DNA of 64,000 nt, taken from NCBI GenBank assembly GCA_965247115.1, contig CBDFGR010000003.1, positions 416,001-480,000 of the forward strand, written 5' to 3'. A program made the position numbers and the translations under genes. This document shows positions 19,273-29,452 of this stretch, piece after piece. How positions within the stretch are numbered: the stretch's first letter is position 1; every line of letters begins with the position of its first letter. Source of the stretch: Myxococcota bacterium (GTDB lineage: Bacteria > Myxococcota_A > UBA9160 > SZUA-336). The notes beneath the pieces are model-generated. The model made no database searches. It saw only the letters and a list, made by a program, of their open reading frames with translations, and was not told where the DNA came from.

Positions 19273-21297
19273 GTGAGGTGCTCGAGACTCCTGCTTCGAG
19301 TCGGGCTGGGGATGGTGGGGGGAGCCCTGCTTCCCGCCTGCAGCAACGACCCCTATCCGGGCGACGACGCGAGTCGCAAGGTGCTCTATCGGAGCTTCCG
19401 GGAGGCTCCCAGGACGCTCGACCCCGCTGTGGCCTACACCACCGTGTCCCACGCGGTGACGGCGAACATCTACGAAACGCTGCTCGAGTACCACTACCTC
19501 AAGCGACCGTACGAGCTGATCGCGGGACTCGCGCAGCACGTGCCAGGCCCGCGGGCTCTGTCGGACGGACGGGTGGCGTATCGCTTCGAGCTCCGGCCCG
19601 GCCTCCTGTACCAGGACGATCCGTGCTTCGAGCACTTCGGCGGCGACTCGACGCGCGAGGTGGTCGCGGAGGACTTCGCCTTCGAGCTCGCGCGCATTGC
19701 GGATCCCGCGGTGAACAGTCCGGTGACCGAGCCGTTCTCGAACCTGGTGGGCTTCCGGGAGTTCTCCGCGCGTCTTCTGGAGCTGCGCGCGGACGATCCG
19801 GGCTTTGCGGAGCTGAGCCCGCGCGAGCAGTACGCCAGGGCGGGACCCATCGAGGGCGTGCGCGTGATCGGCCCGGGTGAGCTCGAGATCGTGCTGATCG
19901 CTCCGTACCCTCAGATCCTGTACTGGTTCACCATGCCGTTCACGGCGCCTGTGCCGTGGGAGGCCGTCGAGTTCTACGACGGAAGCGACGGGCGGCCGCG
20001 CTTCTCCGACCATCCCGTGGGCGCGGGACCCTACTGGATGAGCCAGTACAACAAGCAGTTCCGGATGGTGCTGGAGCGCAACCCGAACTGGTACGGGGTC
20101 CAGCATCCGGAGTGGCGCGCGCCCGGCGCGACGTATCCGACGGAGGGCGAGCCCGAGGACGCGGCAGCCGGCCGCCTGGATCCGGCCTTCGTCGGACGGC
20201 CGCTGCCAGAGATCGAACGCATCGAGTTCCAGCGCGAGAAGGAGCCGATCCCGACGTTTACCAAGTTCTTTCAGGGCTACTACGACGCCTCGCAGATCAT
20301 TCGCGAGAGCTTCGACCGCGTGATCCACGAGGACGGCCTGTCGGCGGAGATGGAAACGCTCGGGATCCGGCTGGAGAAGACGGTGACGCTTGGCATCTCG
20401 TACATCGGCTTCAACATGGACGATCCCGTCGTGGGTTCAGCCGCAGGGGAGCGCGGGCGCGTGCTGCGCCAGGCGATGAGCCTTGTCATCGACACAGAGG
20501 AGTACACGAGGCTCTTCACGAACAACCGCGGCCTCCCGGCGCAGTCGCCACTCCCGCCTGGGCTTTACGGCTACGAGGAGAGCTATCGCAATCCGCACCG
20601 GCGCGTGGATGTGAAGCGGGCGAAAGAGCAGCTGCGCGCAGCCGGGTACGCAGGCGGCATCGACCCGGAGACCGGCGAGCCGCTTCGCCTGACCTTCGAC
20701 TCCTCCGACACCTCCGCGCAGGGGCTGCTGCGCTACCAGTTCTTCGTCGACGCCTGGCGACAGCTCGGGCTGGACGTGGTCGTTGCGGCGACGAACTACA
20801 ACCAGTTCCAGGAGAAGATGCGGAACGGCTCCTATCAGCTCTTCATGTGGGGTTGGGTCGCCGACTATCCCGACCCCGAGAACTTCATGTTCCTGCTCTG
20901 GTCGGAGATGGCACGCTCGAAAGGCGGCGGGCCAAACAGCGCGAACTTCTCCGATCCCGAGTTCGACGCGCTATTCCTGGAGATGAAGGCGCGCGATAAC
21001 GACAGCGAGCGTCTGGCTCTGATCCGGGAGATGCGGCAGATCCTGGAGTACGAGCGGCCCTGGATCGAGCTGATACACCCGGAGAGCTACGTACTGCGCC
21101 ACAGCTGGTTTCACAACGTGAAGCCGGCCGGCCTATCGAGCCCCTCCGTCAAGTACAACGACCTGGATCCGGAGCTGCGAGCGGAGCTGCGCGACAGCTG
21201 GAACCAGCCGGTGGTCTGGCCGCTCTACGCACTGCTCGGCCTCGGCTGCGTCGTCACGATCCCGGGAATCGTGACCTTCTTCCGGGAGCGGCAGTAG
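19273..21297 (+). CDS. Peptide/nickel ABC transporter substrate-binding lipoprotein (family 5) with C-terminal TM helix
   Basis: Lipobox LPAC, TLDPA..Y, GWVADYPDPENF, hydrophobic C-terminal helix. Confidence 0.88.
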   Translation: MRCSRLLLRVGLGMVGGALLPACSNDPYPGDDASRKVLYRSFREAPRTLDPAVAYTTVSHAVTANIYETLLEYHYLKRPYELIAGLAQHVPGPRALSDGRVAYRFELRPGLLYQDDPCFEHFGGDSTREVVAEDFAFELARIADPAVNSPVTEPFSNLVGFREFSARLLELRADDPGFAELSPREQYARAGPIEGVRVIGPGELEIVLIAPYPQILYWFTMPFTAPVPWEAVEFYDGSDGRPRFSDHPVGAGPYWMSQYNKQFRMVLERNPNWYGVQHPEWRAPGATYPTEGEPEDAAAGRLDPAFVGRPLPEIERIEFQREKEPIPTFTKFFQGYYDASQIIRESFDRVIHEDGLSAEMETLGIRLEKTVTLGISYIGFNMDDPVVGSAAGERGRVLRQAMSLVIDTEEYTRLFTNNRGLPAQSPLPPGLYGYEESYRNPHRRVDVKRAKEQLRAAGYAGGIDPETGEPLRLTFDSSDTSAQGLLRYQFFVDAWRQLGLDVVVAATNYNQFQEKMRNGSYQLFMWGWVADYPDPENFMFLLWSEMARSKGGGPNSANFSDPEFDALFLEMKARDNDSERLALIREMRQILEYERPWIELIHPESYVLRHSWFHNVKPAGLSSPSVKYNDLDPELRAELRDSWNQPVVWPLYALLGLGCVVTIPGIVTFFRERQ

Positions 21298-22253
21298 TGC
21301 TGGCCTACATCACGCGTCGCCTCGCGTACGGGGTGGTCGTCGTGTTCGGCGTGCTCGCCTTCCTGTTCGTGCTGTTCTTTACGGTGACCGACCCGGACGA
21401 CATCGCCCGTCGCGCGCTGGGCGAGAAGGCGCTGCCGGACGTGATCGAGCAGTGGAAGGTCAACCACGGCTACGACCGGCCCAAGTGGTCCTGGCAAAGC
21501 CCGCGCGAGAGCCTGCTCTACGACCACTTTCGCCGCATGCTGACCTTCCAGTTCGGCAAGAGCGACGCGGACGACACGCTGATCGCGGACCGGATCCGCG
21601 AGGGGATCGGCCCGAGCCTCTCACTCACCGTCCCCATGTTCGTGCTGGGGCTGGTGCTGGGGATCCTGCTGTCGCTGTTCGTCGCCTTCTTCCGCGAGAC
21701 CTACATCGACCGCATGGGCGTGTTCCTCAGCGTGCTCGCCATGAGCATCTCGATCCTGCTCTACATCATCGGGGCGCAGTACTTGATCGGGAAGCTGCTG
21801 CGCTGGTTCCCGATCTCGGGCTTCGACCCCAGTGTCGCCGGGCGCTTCCTCGCCCTGCCCGTACTGGTCGGCGTGCTGTCTGCCTTCGGAAGCAACGTCC
21901 GCTTCTACCGCACGGTCTTCCTGGAGGAGACCCATCGGGACTACGTGCGTACGGCGCGGGCCAAGGGCTGTGGAGAAGCGCGCACCATGATCGGACATGT
22001 GCTCCGGAACGCGCTGATCCCGATCCTGACGAACGTAGTCGTCGCCATTCCCTTCCTCCTGACGGGCTCACTCTTGCTCGAGTCGTTCTTCGGTATCCCG
22101 GGACTCGGGTCGGTGACCGTCGACGCGATCAACGGCAATGACTTTGCAACGCTTCGGACCATGGTCTACTTCGGGTCGCTGCTCTTCGTCCTGGGCCAGA
22201 TTCTGACCGACGTGAGCTACTCGGTCGTGGATCCGCGCGTGCGGTTGGAGTAG
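21297..22253 (+). CDS. Peptide ABC transporter permease (OppB/DppB-like)
   Basis: DYVRTARAKG loop, HVLRNALIP, ESFFGIPGLG, DPRVR. Confidence 0.92.
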   Translation: MLAYITRRLAYGVVVVFGVLAFLFVLFFTVTDPDDIARRALGEKALPDVIEQWKVNHGYDRPKWSWQSPRESLLYDHFRRMLTFQFGKSDADDTLIADRIREGIGPSLSLTVPMFVLGLVLGILLSLFVAFFRETYIDRMGVFLSVLAMSISILLYIIGAQYLIGKLLRWFPISGFDPSVAGRFLALPVLVGVLSAFGSNVRFYRTVFLEETHRDYVRTARAKGCGEARTMIGHVLRNALIPILTNVVVAIPFLLTGSLLLESFFGIPGLGSVTVDAINGNDFATLRTMVYFGSLLFVLGQILTDVSYSVVDPRVRLE

Positions 22254-22256
22254 GCG

Positions 22257-23279
22257 GTGGAGCCGTGGGTCGTATCGAACGTGGTCGCGACCATCCTCCT
22301 GGGGGCGGGCATGGGGCTCGGCGCGCTCATCTCGCGGAACGCCCTGTGGCGCGAGACGGCGCGGGAGCTGTGGCGGCGCCGGCCGCTGGCGCTCGCCTTC
22401 ATCGCGCTCTACGCGAGCGTCGCCATGCTGGACTCCATCGCATGGCGGAGCAGCTCCGGGTCCGACGCCGACCTGGTGGCAGCGCACCAGGCCCGCAGCG
22501 TCATCGATCGCGCGTTCGCGGATACGCGGGAGCGCAGCTACTCGGCTCCGCTCGCCCAGGCAGAGTTCTATGACGCGACACCCCTGCGCTATGCGGGCCG
22601 GCACCCGCTCGGAACAGACATCCTGGGACGTGACGTGCTCTACCTGACGATGAAAGGGGCGCGCGTAGCGCTGCTGATCGGTGGGCTTACGAGCTTGATC
22701 GCGATCCCTCTGGCGCTACTCCTCGGTGTGTCGGCCGGGTACTTCGGGCGGCGGACCGACGACGTTGTCTTCTTCCTGATCTCCACGCTGGCTTCCATGC
22801 CCTCGCTCCTGCTCCTGATCGCGCTCATCATGGCGTTTGGACGCGGAACGCTCTCCGTCTGCCTGGCGCTGGGAGTCACGAGCTGGGTGGGGTTCAGTCG
22901 CATCTCGCGCGGGGAGACGCTCAAGCTGCGCGAGATGGACTACGTGAAGGCCGCACGTGCGCTCGGAGTGTCGGAGTGGCGCATCATCCTGCGCCACATC
23001 CTGCCGAACCTGGCGCACCTAATCGTGATCACGTTCGTGTTGATGTTCTCGGGCCTCGTGCTGTCCGAGGCCATCCTGTCCTGGCTCGGCATCGGCGTGG
23101 ACGGCAGCTGGGGACAGATGATCGACCAGGCGCGCGACGAGCTGTCGCGCGATCCCGTGATCTGGTGGAATATCGCTGCCGCCGGCACGGCGCTCTTTGG
23201 CCTGCTCCTCGCCGTGAACTTCGTGGGGGACGCCGTTCGCGACATCCTGGATCCCCACACGCTGCGGGAGAACCTGTGA
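22257..23279 (+). CDS. Peptide ABC transporter permease (OppC/DppC-like)
   Basis: HPLGTDILGRD, YVKAARALG, RHILPN, GDAVRDILDP. Confidence 0.92.
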   Translation: MEPWVVSNVVATILLGAGMGLGALISRNALWRETARELWRRRPLALAFIALYASVAMLDSIAWRSSSGSDADLVAAHQARSVIDRAFADTRERSYSAPLAQAEFYDATPLRYAGRHPLGTDILGRDVLYLTMKGARVALLIGGLTSLIAIPLALLLGVSAGYFGRRTDDVVFFLISTLASMPSLLLLIALIMAFGRGTLSVCLALGVTSWVGFSRISRGETLKLREMDYVKAARALGVSEWRIILRHILPNLAHLIVITFVLMFSGLVLSEAILSWLGIGVDGSWGQMIDQARDELSRDPVIWWNIAAAGTALFGLLLAVNFVGDAVRDILDPHTLRENL

Positions 23280-24253
23280 CGTCGCTGCTCGACGTGGGCG
23301 ACCTCCACACGAGCTTCCCGATGGGCTCCGGCCGCGCCCCCGTGGTGAAGGGTGTGGATCTCCGGATCGAGCGCGGCGAGGTGCTGGCCCTGGTGGGCGA
23401 GTCGGGCTGCGGCAAGTCCGTGACTGCGCTCTCGATCCTCCGGCTCGTTCCCAAGCCCGGCCGGATCGATTCCGGACACGTGAAGTTCGGCGGGCGGGAC
23501 CTGCTGACGCTGTCCGTACCAGACATGCGTCACGTGCGCGGCCACGCGATCTCCATGATCTTCCAGGAGCCGATGACCAGCCTGAATCCCGTCGTTCCCG
23601 TGGGTAAGCAGGTGGTCGAGGCAATCCGACTGCACAGCGCGGTCTCCGCGCGCGAGGCGCGAAAGCAAACGCTGGAGCTGTTCGAGCGCGCGGGGATTCC
23701 CGACCCCGGCCAGCGCATCGACGCGTACCCCCACCAGCTCTCCGGCGGCATGAAGCAGCGCGTGATGATCGCGATGGCCCTGGCGTCCGAGCCGGAGCTA
23801 TTGATCGCGGATGAGCCCACGACCGCGCTCGACGTCACGATCCAGGCACAGATCCTGGAGCGCCTGCGAGAGCTCCGCGATCAGCTCGACATGGCAATCC
23901 TGCTGATCACGCACGACCTCGGCATCGTGAACGAGCTCGCGGACCGGGTGGCAGTGATGTACGCGGGCCGAATCGTCGAGGAGGGCACGCGGGAGGAGGT
24001 GCTGGGTGGCGGGCGCCACCCCTACACCGAGGGCTTGCTGCGCTCGATCCCCAGCAGGGGTCGGGCCGGCGAACGACTCGCCGAGATTCCTGGGGTCGTG
24101 CCCTCGCCCGACCAGTGGCCCGCTGGTTGCCCCTTCGCGCCGCGCTGCGCGCGTGTCCTCTCCCGTTGCGAAGAGCTGGATCCGGAGCCGCGCTCGTTCT
24201 CCGCGACGCACTGGGCGCGTTGCCACGCCCTGGTCGGGGAGCCGCCGGCGTGA
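23276..24253 (+). CDS. Peptide ABC transporter ATP-binding protein (OppD-like)
   Basis: GESGCGKS, LSGGMKQR, DEPTTALD and C-terminal Cys motif. GTGA overlap. Confidence 0.92.
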   Translation: MTSLLDVGDLHTSFPMGSGRAPVVKGVDLRIERGEVLALVGESGCGKSVTALSILRLVPKPGRIDSGHVKFGGRDLLTLSVPDMRHVRGHAISMIFQEPMTSLNPVVPVGKQVVEAIRLHSAVSAREARKQTLELFERAGIPDPGQRIDAYPHQLSGGMKQRVMIAMALASEPELLIADEPTTALDVTIQAQILERLRELRDQLDMAILLITHDLGIVNELADRVAVMYAGRIVEEGTREEVLGGGRHPYTEGLLRSIPSRGRAGERLAEIPGVVPSPDQWPAGCPFAPRCARVLSRCEELDPEPRSFSATHWARCHALVGEPPA

Positions 24254-25245
24254 GGGACACAGCAGGAGGGCCGCTGCTGCGTGTCGAGGGCTTGCGGACC
24301 TGGTTCCCCGTGCGGGCCGGACTGCTGCAGCGGCCCGTGGCCTGGGTACGGGCCGTGGATGGCGTCGATCTCGACGTGCCCGAAGGCCGAACGCTCGCGC
24401 TCGTGGGTGAATCGGGCTGCGGCAAGACGACCGTCGGCCTGTCGATCCTGCGGCTCCTCGAGCCGCAAGCGGGGCAGGTCTGGTTCGAGGGACATGACCT
24501 GCTGCGGCTGAGTAGCGCCGCGCTGCGGCCGCACCGACGGCGCATCCAGATCGTGTTCCAGGATCCCTTCGCGTCGTTAAACCCACGCCTGCGCGTCCGC
24601 GATGCGATCGCCGAGGGCATGACTGCGTTTGGCATCGGAGACTCGGAGTCCGAACGCAGCGACCGCGTGGCAGAGCTCATGGAGCGCGTCAAGCTGGACC
24701 CCGCCCAGATGGGGAGGTATCCGCACGAGTTCTCCGGCGGACAGCGGCAGCGCGTCTGCATCGCGCGCGCGCTGGCCGTGGAGCCGCGCCTGCTCGTCTG
24801 CGACGAGGCGGTCTCCGCGCTCGACGTCTCGATCCAGGCACAGATCCTGAACCTGCTCCGCGACCTGCAGCAGGAGCTCGGGCTCGCGTACCTGTTCATC
24901 ACCCACGACCTGGGCGTGGTGCGCTACCTGGCCGATCGCGTCGCGGTCATGTACCTGGGCCAGATCGTGGAGGAGCGACCGACGGAGCAGCTGTTCCAGG
25001 ACCCGCAGCATCCGTACACGCGCGGGCTGCTGGCAGCGGTCCCGTCCGTCGACCCGGCGCGCCGAACCGTGGCCGTGCGCGTTCGCGGCGACGTGCCCTC
25101 GCCCATGCACCCGCCGCCAGGCTGCCGCTTCCACACGCGCTGCGAGGAGGCGTTCGCGCGTTGCGCGGAAGAGGCGCCCGTACCCTTCCCGCTGCGCGAG
25201 GGCGCGTGCCGCTGCTTCCTCGCCGAGTCGGGCGACGCGGCCTGA
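24250..25245 (+). CDS. Peptide ABC transporter ATP-binding protein (OppF-like)
   Basis: GESGCGKT, FSGGQRQR, DEAVSALD, GCRFHTRC. GTGA overlap. Confidence 0.92.
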   Translation: MRDTAGGPLLRVEGLRTWFPVRAGLLQRPVAWVRAVDGVDLDVPEGRTLALVGESGCGKTTVGLSILRLLEPQAGQVWFEGHDLLRLSSAALRPHRRRIQIVFQDPFASLNPRLRVRDAIAEGMTAFGIGDSESERSDRVAELMERVKLDPAQMGRYPHEFSGGQRQRVCIARALAVEPRLLVCDEAVSALDVSIQAQILNLLRDLQQELGLAYLFITHDLGVVRYLADRVAVMYLGQIVEERPTEQLFQDPQHPYTRGLLAAVPSVDPARRTVAVRVRGDVPSPMHPPPGCRFHTRCEEAFARCAEEAPVPFPLREGACRCFLAESGDAA

Positions 25246-25318
25246 GGAGATCTGCGGTGGCCGGGGCAGAGATGCGACAATCGCTCCGTGGAGCTGCGGC
25301 GAATGAAGGGGCACACAA

Positions 25319-26185
25319 GTGGCTGACTTCGGTCTGATCACCTTTGCAACCGACCAGACGATGCCGCCAGCCGAGCTGGCGCGCTGGGCGGAGGACTGCG
25401 GCTTCGAGTCGCTGTTCTACGCGGAGCACACGCACATCCCGACCAGCCGCAAGAGCCCGTGGGCCGGCGGTGGGAAGCTGCCCGAGTACTACAAGCGCGC
25501 GTACGATCCCTTCGTCGCCCTCGCCGCGGCCGCGACCGCAACCGAGCATCTGAAGCTGGGCACGGGCATCTGCCTTGTGACCGAGCACAACCCGATCACC
25601 CTGGCTAAGACCGCGGCGACGCTCGACTGCGTGTCGGAGGGGCGCCTGGTGCTCGGGATCGGCGCCGGCTGGAATGCGGAGGAGATGGAAGATCACGGCG
25701 TCGCTTTCAAGGATCGCTGGAAGATCACGCGGGAACGAGTCCTGGCCATGCGTGAGATGTGGACTGAGGAGGTGGCGGAATACCACGGGGAGTTCGTCGA
25801 CTTCGAGCCGCTCTGGTCCTGGCCGAAGCCCGTCCAGGAGGGCGGACCTCCGGTGCTGATGGGGGCGGCGTCGCGGTGGACGCCGGCGCGCGTGGTCGAG
25901 TACTGCGACGGCTGGTTCCCGATCGGCGCCCCGGCGGCGCTCAGACCGGTGGCGGAGGCGCTCCGCGTGGAGATGTCGCGCGCTGGCCGCCGGATGGACG
26001 AGCTCGAGCTCTCCGTGGGCACCCAGGGCGTGGTGGGACCGAACCCGTTCCCGGAGCCGCAGGAGATCGAGGAGCTGCTCGAGCTCGGCTTCACGCGGCT
26101 CGTCCTGCCCTTCAACCCGCGTCAGGCCGACCTGCAGCGGGAGCGTCTGCCGGACTACGTGCGCTACATCCGCCAGTTCCGCTGA
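25319..26185 (+). CDS. LLM-class F420-dependent oxidoreductase (Rv2161c-like)
   Basis: AEHTHIP, DPFVAL, LGTGICLV, GAGWNAEEMEDHG, WPKPVQ. Confidence 0.85.
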   Translation: MADFGLITFATDQTMPPAELARWAEDCGFESLFYAEHTHIPTSRKSPWAGGGKLPEYYKRAYDPFVALAAAATATEHLKLGTGICLVTEHNPITLAKTAATLDCVSEGRLVLGIGAGWNAEEMEDHGVAFKDRWKITRERVLAMREMWTEEVAEYHGEFVDFEPLWSWPKPVQEGGPPVLMGAASRWTPARVVEYCDGWFPIGAPAALRPVAEALRVEMSRAGRRMDELELSVGTQGVVGPNPFPEPQEIEELLELGFTRLVLPFNPRQADLQRERLPDYVRYIRQFR

Positions 26186-26191
26186 AAGAAG

Positions 26192-26258
26192 AAGTCAAGA
26201 TTAAGGACCGTCCCCGGTCTTGACTTGCGGCAGGGGTCGGAAGCCGTTGTCCTGACCC
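26192..26258. repeat. Double hairpin, REP-like or terminator-like
   Basis: AAGTCAAGA...TCTTGACTT with inner GACCG/CGGTC, followed by GGGTCGGA...TCCTGACCC. Confidence 0.6.
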
Positions 26259-26306
26259 GAGCCAGTGTCGTAGGATCGCGGGCAGAACAGCTGAAAGGAA
26301 GACGCG

Positions 26307-26786
26307 ATGGCGATCAAGGTCGGTGACAATGTTCCGGAGCTGAAGCTGCAGGTCGCGAAGTCTAGCGGCATCGAAGCCTCCTCGACGAAGGACCTCTTTG
26401 GTGGGAAGAAGGTCGTGCTCTTTGCCGTGCCTGGGGCCTTCACGCCGACGTGCTCGAACCAGCATCTCCCCGGCTTCATCGAGAAGGCTGCGGAGATTCG
26501 CGGCAAGGGCGTCGATGCGATCGTCTGCCTTGCGGTCAACGACGCATTCGTCATGGACGCCTGGGCCAAGGAGCGGGGCGCCGGCGACGTGGTCATGCTC
26601 GCCGACGGCAGCGGCGAGTTCACGCGCGCTGTCGGGCTCGAGCTGGACGCCAGCGGGTTCGGCATGGGCCTGCGGAGCCAGCGCTACGCGGCCATCATCG
26701 AGGACTGCGTCGTCACGTCGCTCCACGTCGAGGAGCCCCTGAAGGTCGAGGCGAGTAGCGCCGAGGCGATCCTGAAGCAGCTCTGA
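26307..26786 (+). CDS. Peroxiredoxin, Prx5 (type II) family
   Basis: VPGAFTPTCS..HLPGF, VNDAFVM, RSQRYA. Confidence 0.93.
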   Translation: MAIKVGDNVPELKLQVAKSSGIEASSTKDLFGGKKVVLFAVPGAFTPTCSNQHLPGFIEKAAEIRGKGVDAIVCLAVNDAFVMDAWAKERGAGDVVMLADGSGEFTRAVGLELDASGFGMGLRSQRYAAIIEDCVVTSLHVEEPLKVEASSAEAILKQL

Positions 26787-26791
26787 GCCGC

Positions 26792-27409
26792 ATGACCGCG
26801 ACGGAGCTCTGGCAGCGCAATCGTGACGTGGCGGACGCGTGTTTGAAGCATCCCTTCCTGCAGGGGATTGCGACGGGTGCGCTCGCGCGTCGGCGCTTCG
26901 AGGTGTACGTGGCGCAGGACGCGTACTTCCTGGAAGCGTTCACGCGTGCCTATGCGCTGGCGCTCGCCAAGAGTCCCGATCGCGAGGGGATCGAGTCGTT
27001 CCGCGAGCTGCTGAACGGCGTCTCGGAGGAGCTTGCCCTGCATCGCGGCTACGCAAAGCGCTGGGGGATCGACCTGCAGCCGGAGCCGCTCTCCTCGACC
27101 CAGGCCTACACGGACTTCTTGCTCTCCACCGCGTCGCTCGAGCCGGTTGCCCACACGGCTGCGGCCATGACCCCGTGCGCGCGGCTCTACGCCTGGCTCG
27201 GTCAGCAGCTCGCACCGGGTGTGGATCCGACGAGCCCGTATCGCGAGTGGGTGGAGACCTATTCGAGCTCCGAGGTGGATGCGCTTGCGGCGCGTCTCGA
27301 GACCCTGCTGGATCGCTACGGAGGGGACAAGGCGCGTGTCGAGGCGTTGTACCGGCGGGCGATGGAGCTGGAGCTCGCGTTCTTCCAGGGGGCCTGGGAC
27401 AGCGCGTGA
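26792..27409 (+). CDS. tenA: TenA family thiaminase II / aminopyrimidine aminohydrolase
   Basis: [24 protein letters not shown] (catalytic Cys), WVETYS, ELAFF. Confidence 0.88.
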   Translation: MTATELWQRNRDVADACLKHPFLQGIATGALARRRFEVYVAQDAYFLEAFTRAYALALAKSPDREGIESFRELLNGVSEELALHRGYAKRWGIDLQPEPLSSTQAYTDFLLSTASLEPVAHTAAAMTPCARLYAWLGQQLAPGVDPTSPYREWVETYSSSEVDALAARLETLLDRYGGDKARVEALYRRAMELELAFFQGAWDSA

Positions 27410-28185
27410 TCGCAGTGGCGCTGTCCATCGCCGGCTCGGACTCCGGTGGGGGCGCCGGCATCCAGGCCGATCTCAAGACGTTCCAGCGCTTCGGCGTGTA
27501 CGGCGCAAGCGCGCTGACGCTCGTCACGGCACAGAACACGGTCGGGGTGCGTGGGGTCCAGCTCGTGCGGCCCGAGCTCGTCGAGCAGCAGATCGCCGCC
27601 GTCGTGGAGGACATCGCGGTGGGAGCGACCAAGACGGGGGCCCTCGGCTCGGCGGAGCTCGTGGAGGTCGTGGCGCGCGCGATCGCGCAGCACGCCATCT
27701 CGCCCCTGGTCGTCGACCCCGTGATGATCTCGAAGCACGGCGATGCGTTGCTCGAAAAAGACGCCGTAGAGGCCCTGAAACGCTTCCTTTTCCCCCTCGC
27801 CACTCTGGTCACACCAAACCTGCACGAGGCCAGCGCTCTGCTTGGCGGCCCCGTGGAGAACGAGGCGCAGATGCGCGACGCGGCGCGGGAGCTCTGCCAG
27901 CTGGGGACCCGAGCCGTGCTCGTCAAGGGAGGCCACCTACCCGGGCCCGAAGCCGTGGACCTGCTCTACGACGGCGCCGAGTTCCTGCGGCTCGCGGCGC
28001 CGCGCGTGGAGACCCCCAACACCCACGGCACCGGTTGCACGTACGCGGCGGCGATCACCGCACTGCTCGCGCGCGGCGAGTCCATGGCTGCGGCAGCCCG
28101 CCAGGCCAAGGATTTCATCACCCGCGCCATCCAGAGCGCACCCGGTCTGGGCCATGGGCACGGACCGGTGAACCACCAGGCCTAG
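27406..28185 (+). CDS. thiD: Hydroxymethylpyrimidine/phosphomethylpyrimidine kinase
   Basis: [41 protein letters not shown]. Confidence 0.95.
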   Translation: MIAVALSIAGSDSGGGAGIQADLKTFQRFGVYGASALTLVTAQNTVGVRGVQLVRPELVEQQIAAVVEDIAVGATKTGALGSAELVEVVARAIAQHAISPLVVDPVMISKHGDALLEKDAVEALKRFLFPLATLVTPNLHEASALLGGPVENEAQMRDAARELCQLGTRAVLVKGGHLPGPEAVDLLYDGAEFLRLAAPRVETPNTHGTGCTYAAAITALLARGESMAAAARQAKDFITRAIQSAPGLGHGHGPVNHQA

Positions 28186-28210
28186 CTCGAAAGGGCGATC
28201 CGGGATCGGG

Positions 28211-29293
28211 TTACCAGACCGCCTCCAGGATCTGCACGAGCTCAGCTTCCGTCGGACTGGCCCCAGGCGGCCCGAGGGACGCCACCTCGCGCGCGACGGC
28301 ACTCGCCACGAGCGGGATCTCTTCGCGCTTTGCCGGCGTGTCTCGCAGGCGCCGCGGCAAGCCAAGCTCTCGAATGAAGGCCTCGAGCCGTTCGGGTCCA
28401 CGCTCCGCGTCCACGCCCAGGACCTGCGCCGCCAGGGTCACCCCGCGCGGCGGACAGTCTCGGAGGAAGCGCATCACCTCTGGCAGCACGATGCACGACG
28501 TGATCCCGTGCGGCACGTTCCAGCGCGCGCCGATCTGATGCCCCAGCGGGTGGCTCAGCCGAACTCCAACGCTGGCCATCCCGAAGATCGATAACCAGGC
28601 GCCGACCTGGCAGCGAGCCCGGGATTCGAGGGCGGACGGGTCTGCCGAGGCCGGCAGGTGCTCGAGCAGATCGCGCAGGGCCGCCTCGGCGAGCACGTCA
28701 GTGACGGGATGCGGGCGCGCGGCCCACAGCGCCTCCAGTGCGTGATCCGCCGCCTTGACGCCCGTAGAGAGCCAGAGGGTCTGCGGCGTCTCGACGCTCA
28801 GCTCCGGATCCAGGATCACGCTGCGTGGCACCATGCGCGCATCTGCCAGCACATTCTTCACGCCCGTCGCTTCATCGGTGACGCCCGCCGCCGCTGTGAA
28901 TTCGCCAGCGGACAGGGTCGTCGGGAGTGCCACCTGTGGCAGGGGGTCTTCGCCGCGTCTCTCCGCGAGCCGCAACGCGACGACCTTGGCCGTGTCGATC
29001 ACGCTGCCACCGCCAAAGGCCACCACCAGGTCCGCCCCGCACGCCCTCGCACCCGCGGTCGCCTGCTCGACGCTTGCCTGGGGCGTGTGCTGCCGACACG
29101 CGGGAAAGGTCCCGGCGCGGAGCTCGCCCAGCACGCGCTCCACACGGCGCAGGCTCGCGCTCGCTTGCAGGCTGCGCGTGGTCAACACGTAAGCGTGTCG
29201 GGCGCCGACCGCCTCGACCTCGCTCCGCAGGGCCTCCAGGGAACAGAAGCCGGAGTGGACCTTGCGCGGCGTCACATAGCGGTAGGTCTGCAC
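28211..29293 (-). CDS. Iron-containing alcohol dehydrogenase (maleylacetate reductase-like)
   Basis: GGGSVIDTAK, PTTLSAGE, DHALE, HPLGH, HGITS. AGGAGG RBS. Confidence 0.85.
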   Translation of the reverse strand: MQTYRYVTPRKVHSGFCSLEALRSEVEAVGARHAYVLTTRSLQASASLRRVERVLGELRAGTFPACRQHTPQASVEQATAGARACGADLVVAFGGGSVIDTAKVVALRLAERRGEDPLPQVALPTTLSAGEFTAAAGVTDEATGVKNVLADARMVPRSVILDPELSVETPQTLWLSTGVKAADHALEALWAARPHPVTDVLAEAALRDLLEHLPASADPSALESRARCQVGAWLSIFGMASVGVRLSHPLGHQIGARWNVPHGITSCIVLPEVMRFLRDCPPRGVTLAAQVLGVDAERGPERLEAFIRELGLPRRLRDTPAKREEIPLVASAVAREVASLGPPGASPTEAELVQILEAVW

Positions 29294-29452
29294 GTGTCCT
29301 CCTATTTCGCTCTTCCTGGCTCGCGAAGACGTCTGCTACCATGGCATATGAGCTTCAAGACCGGAAAGACCGCGGGCTCCCCTGCAGGTGATCTGGTTCA
29401 CAGCGAGCGCCAGAGAGCGCGACTACGCTCGGCTCCCAAACAGGAGGTCTGT

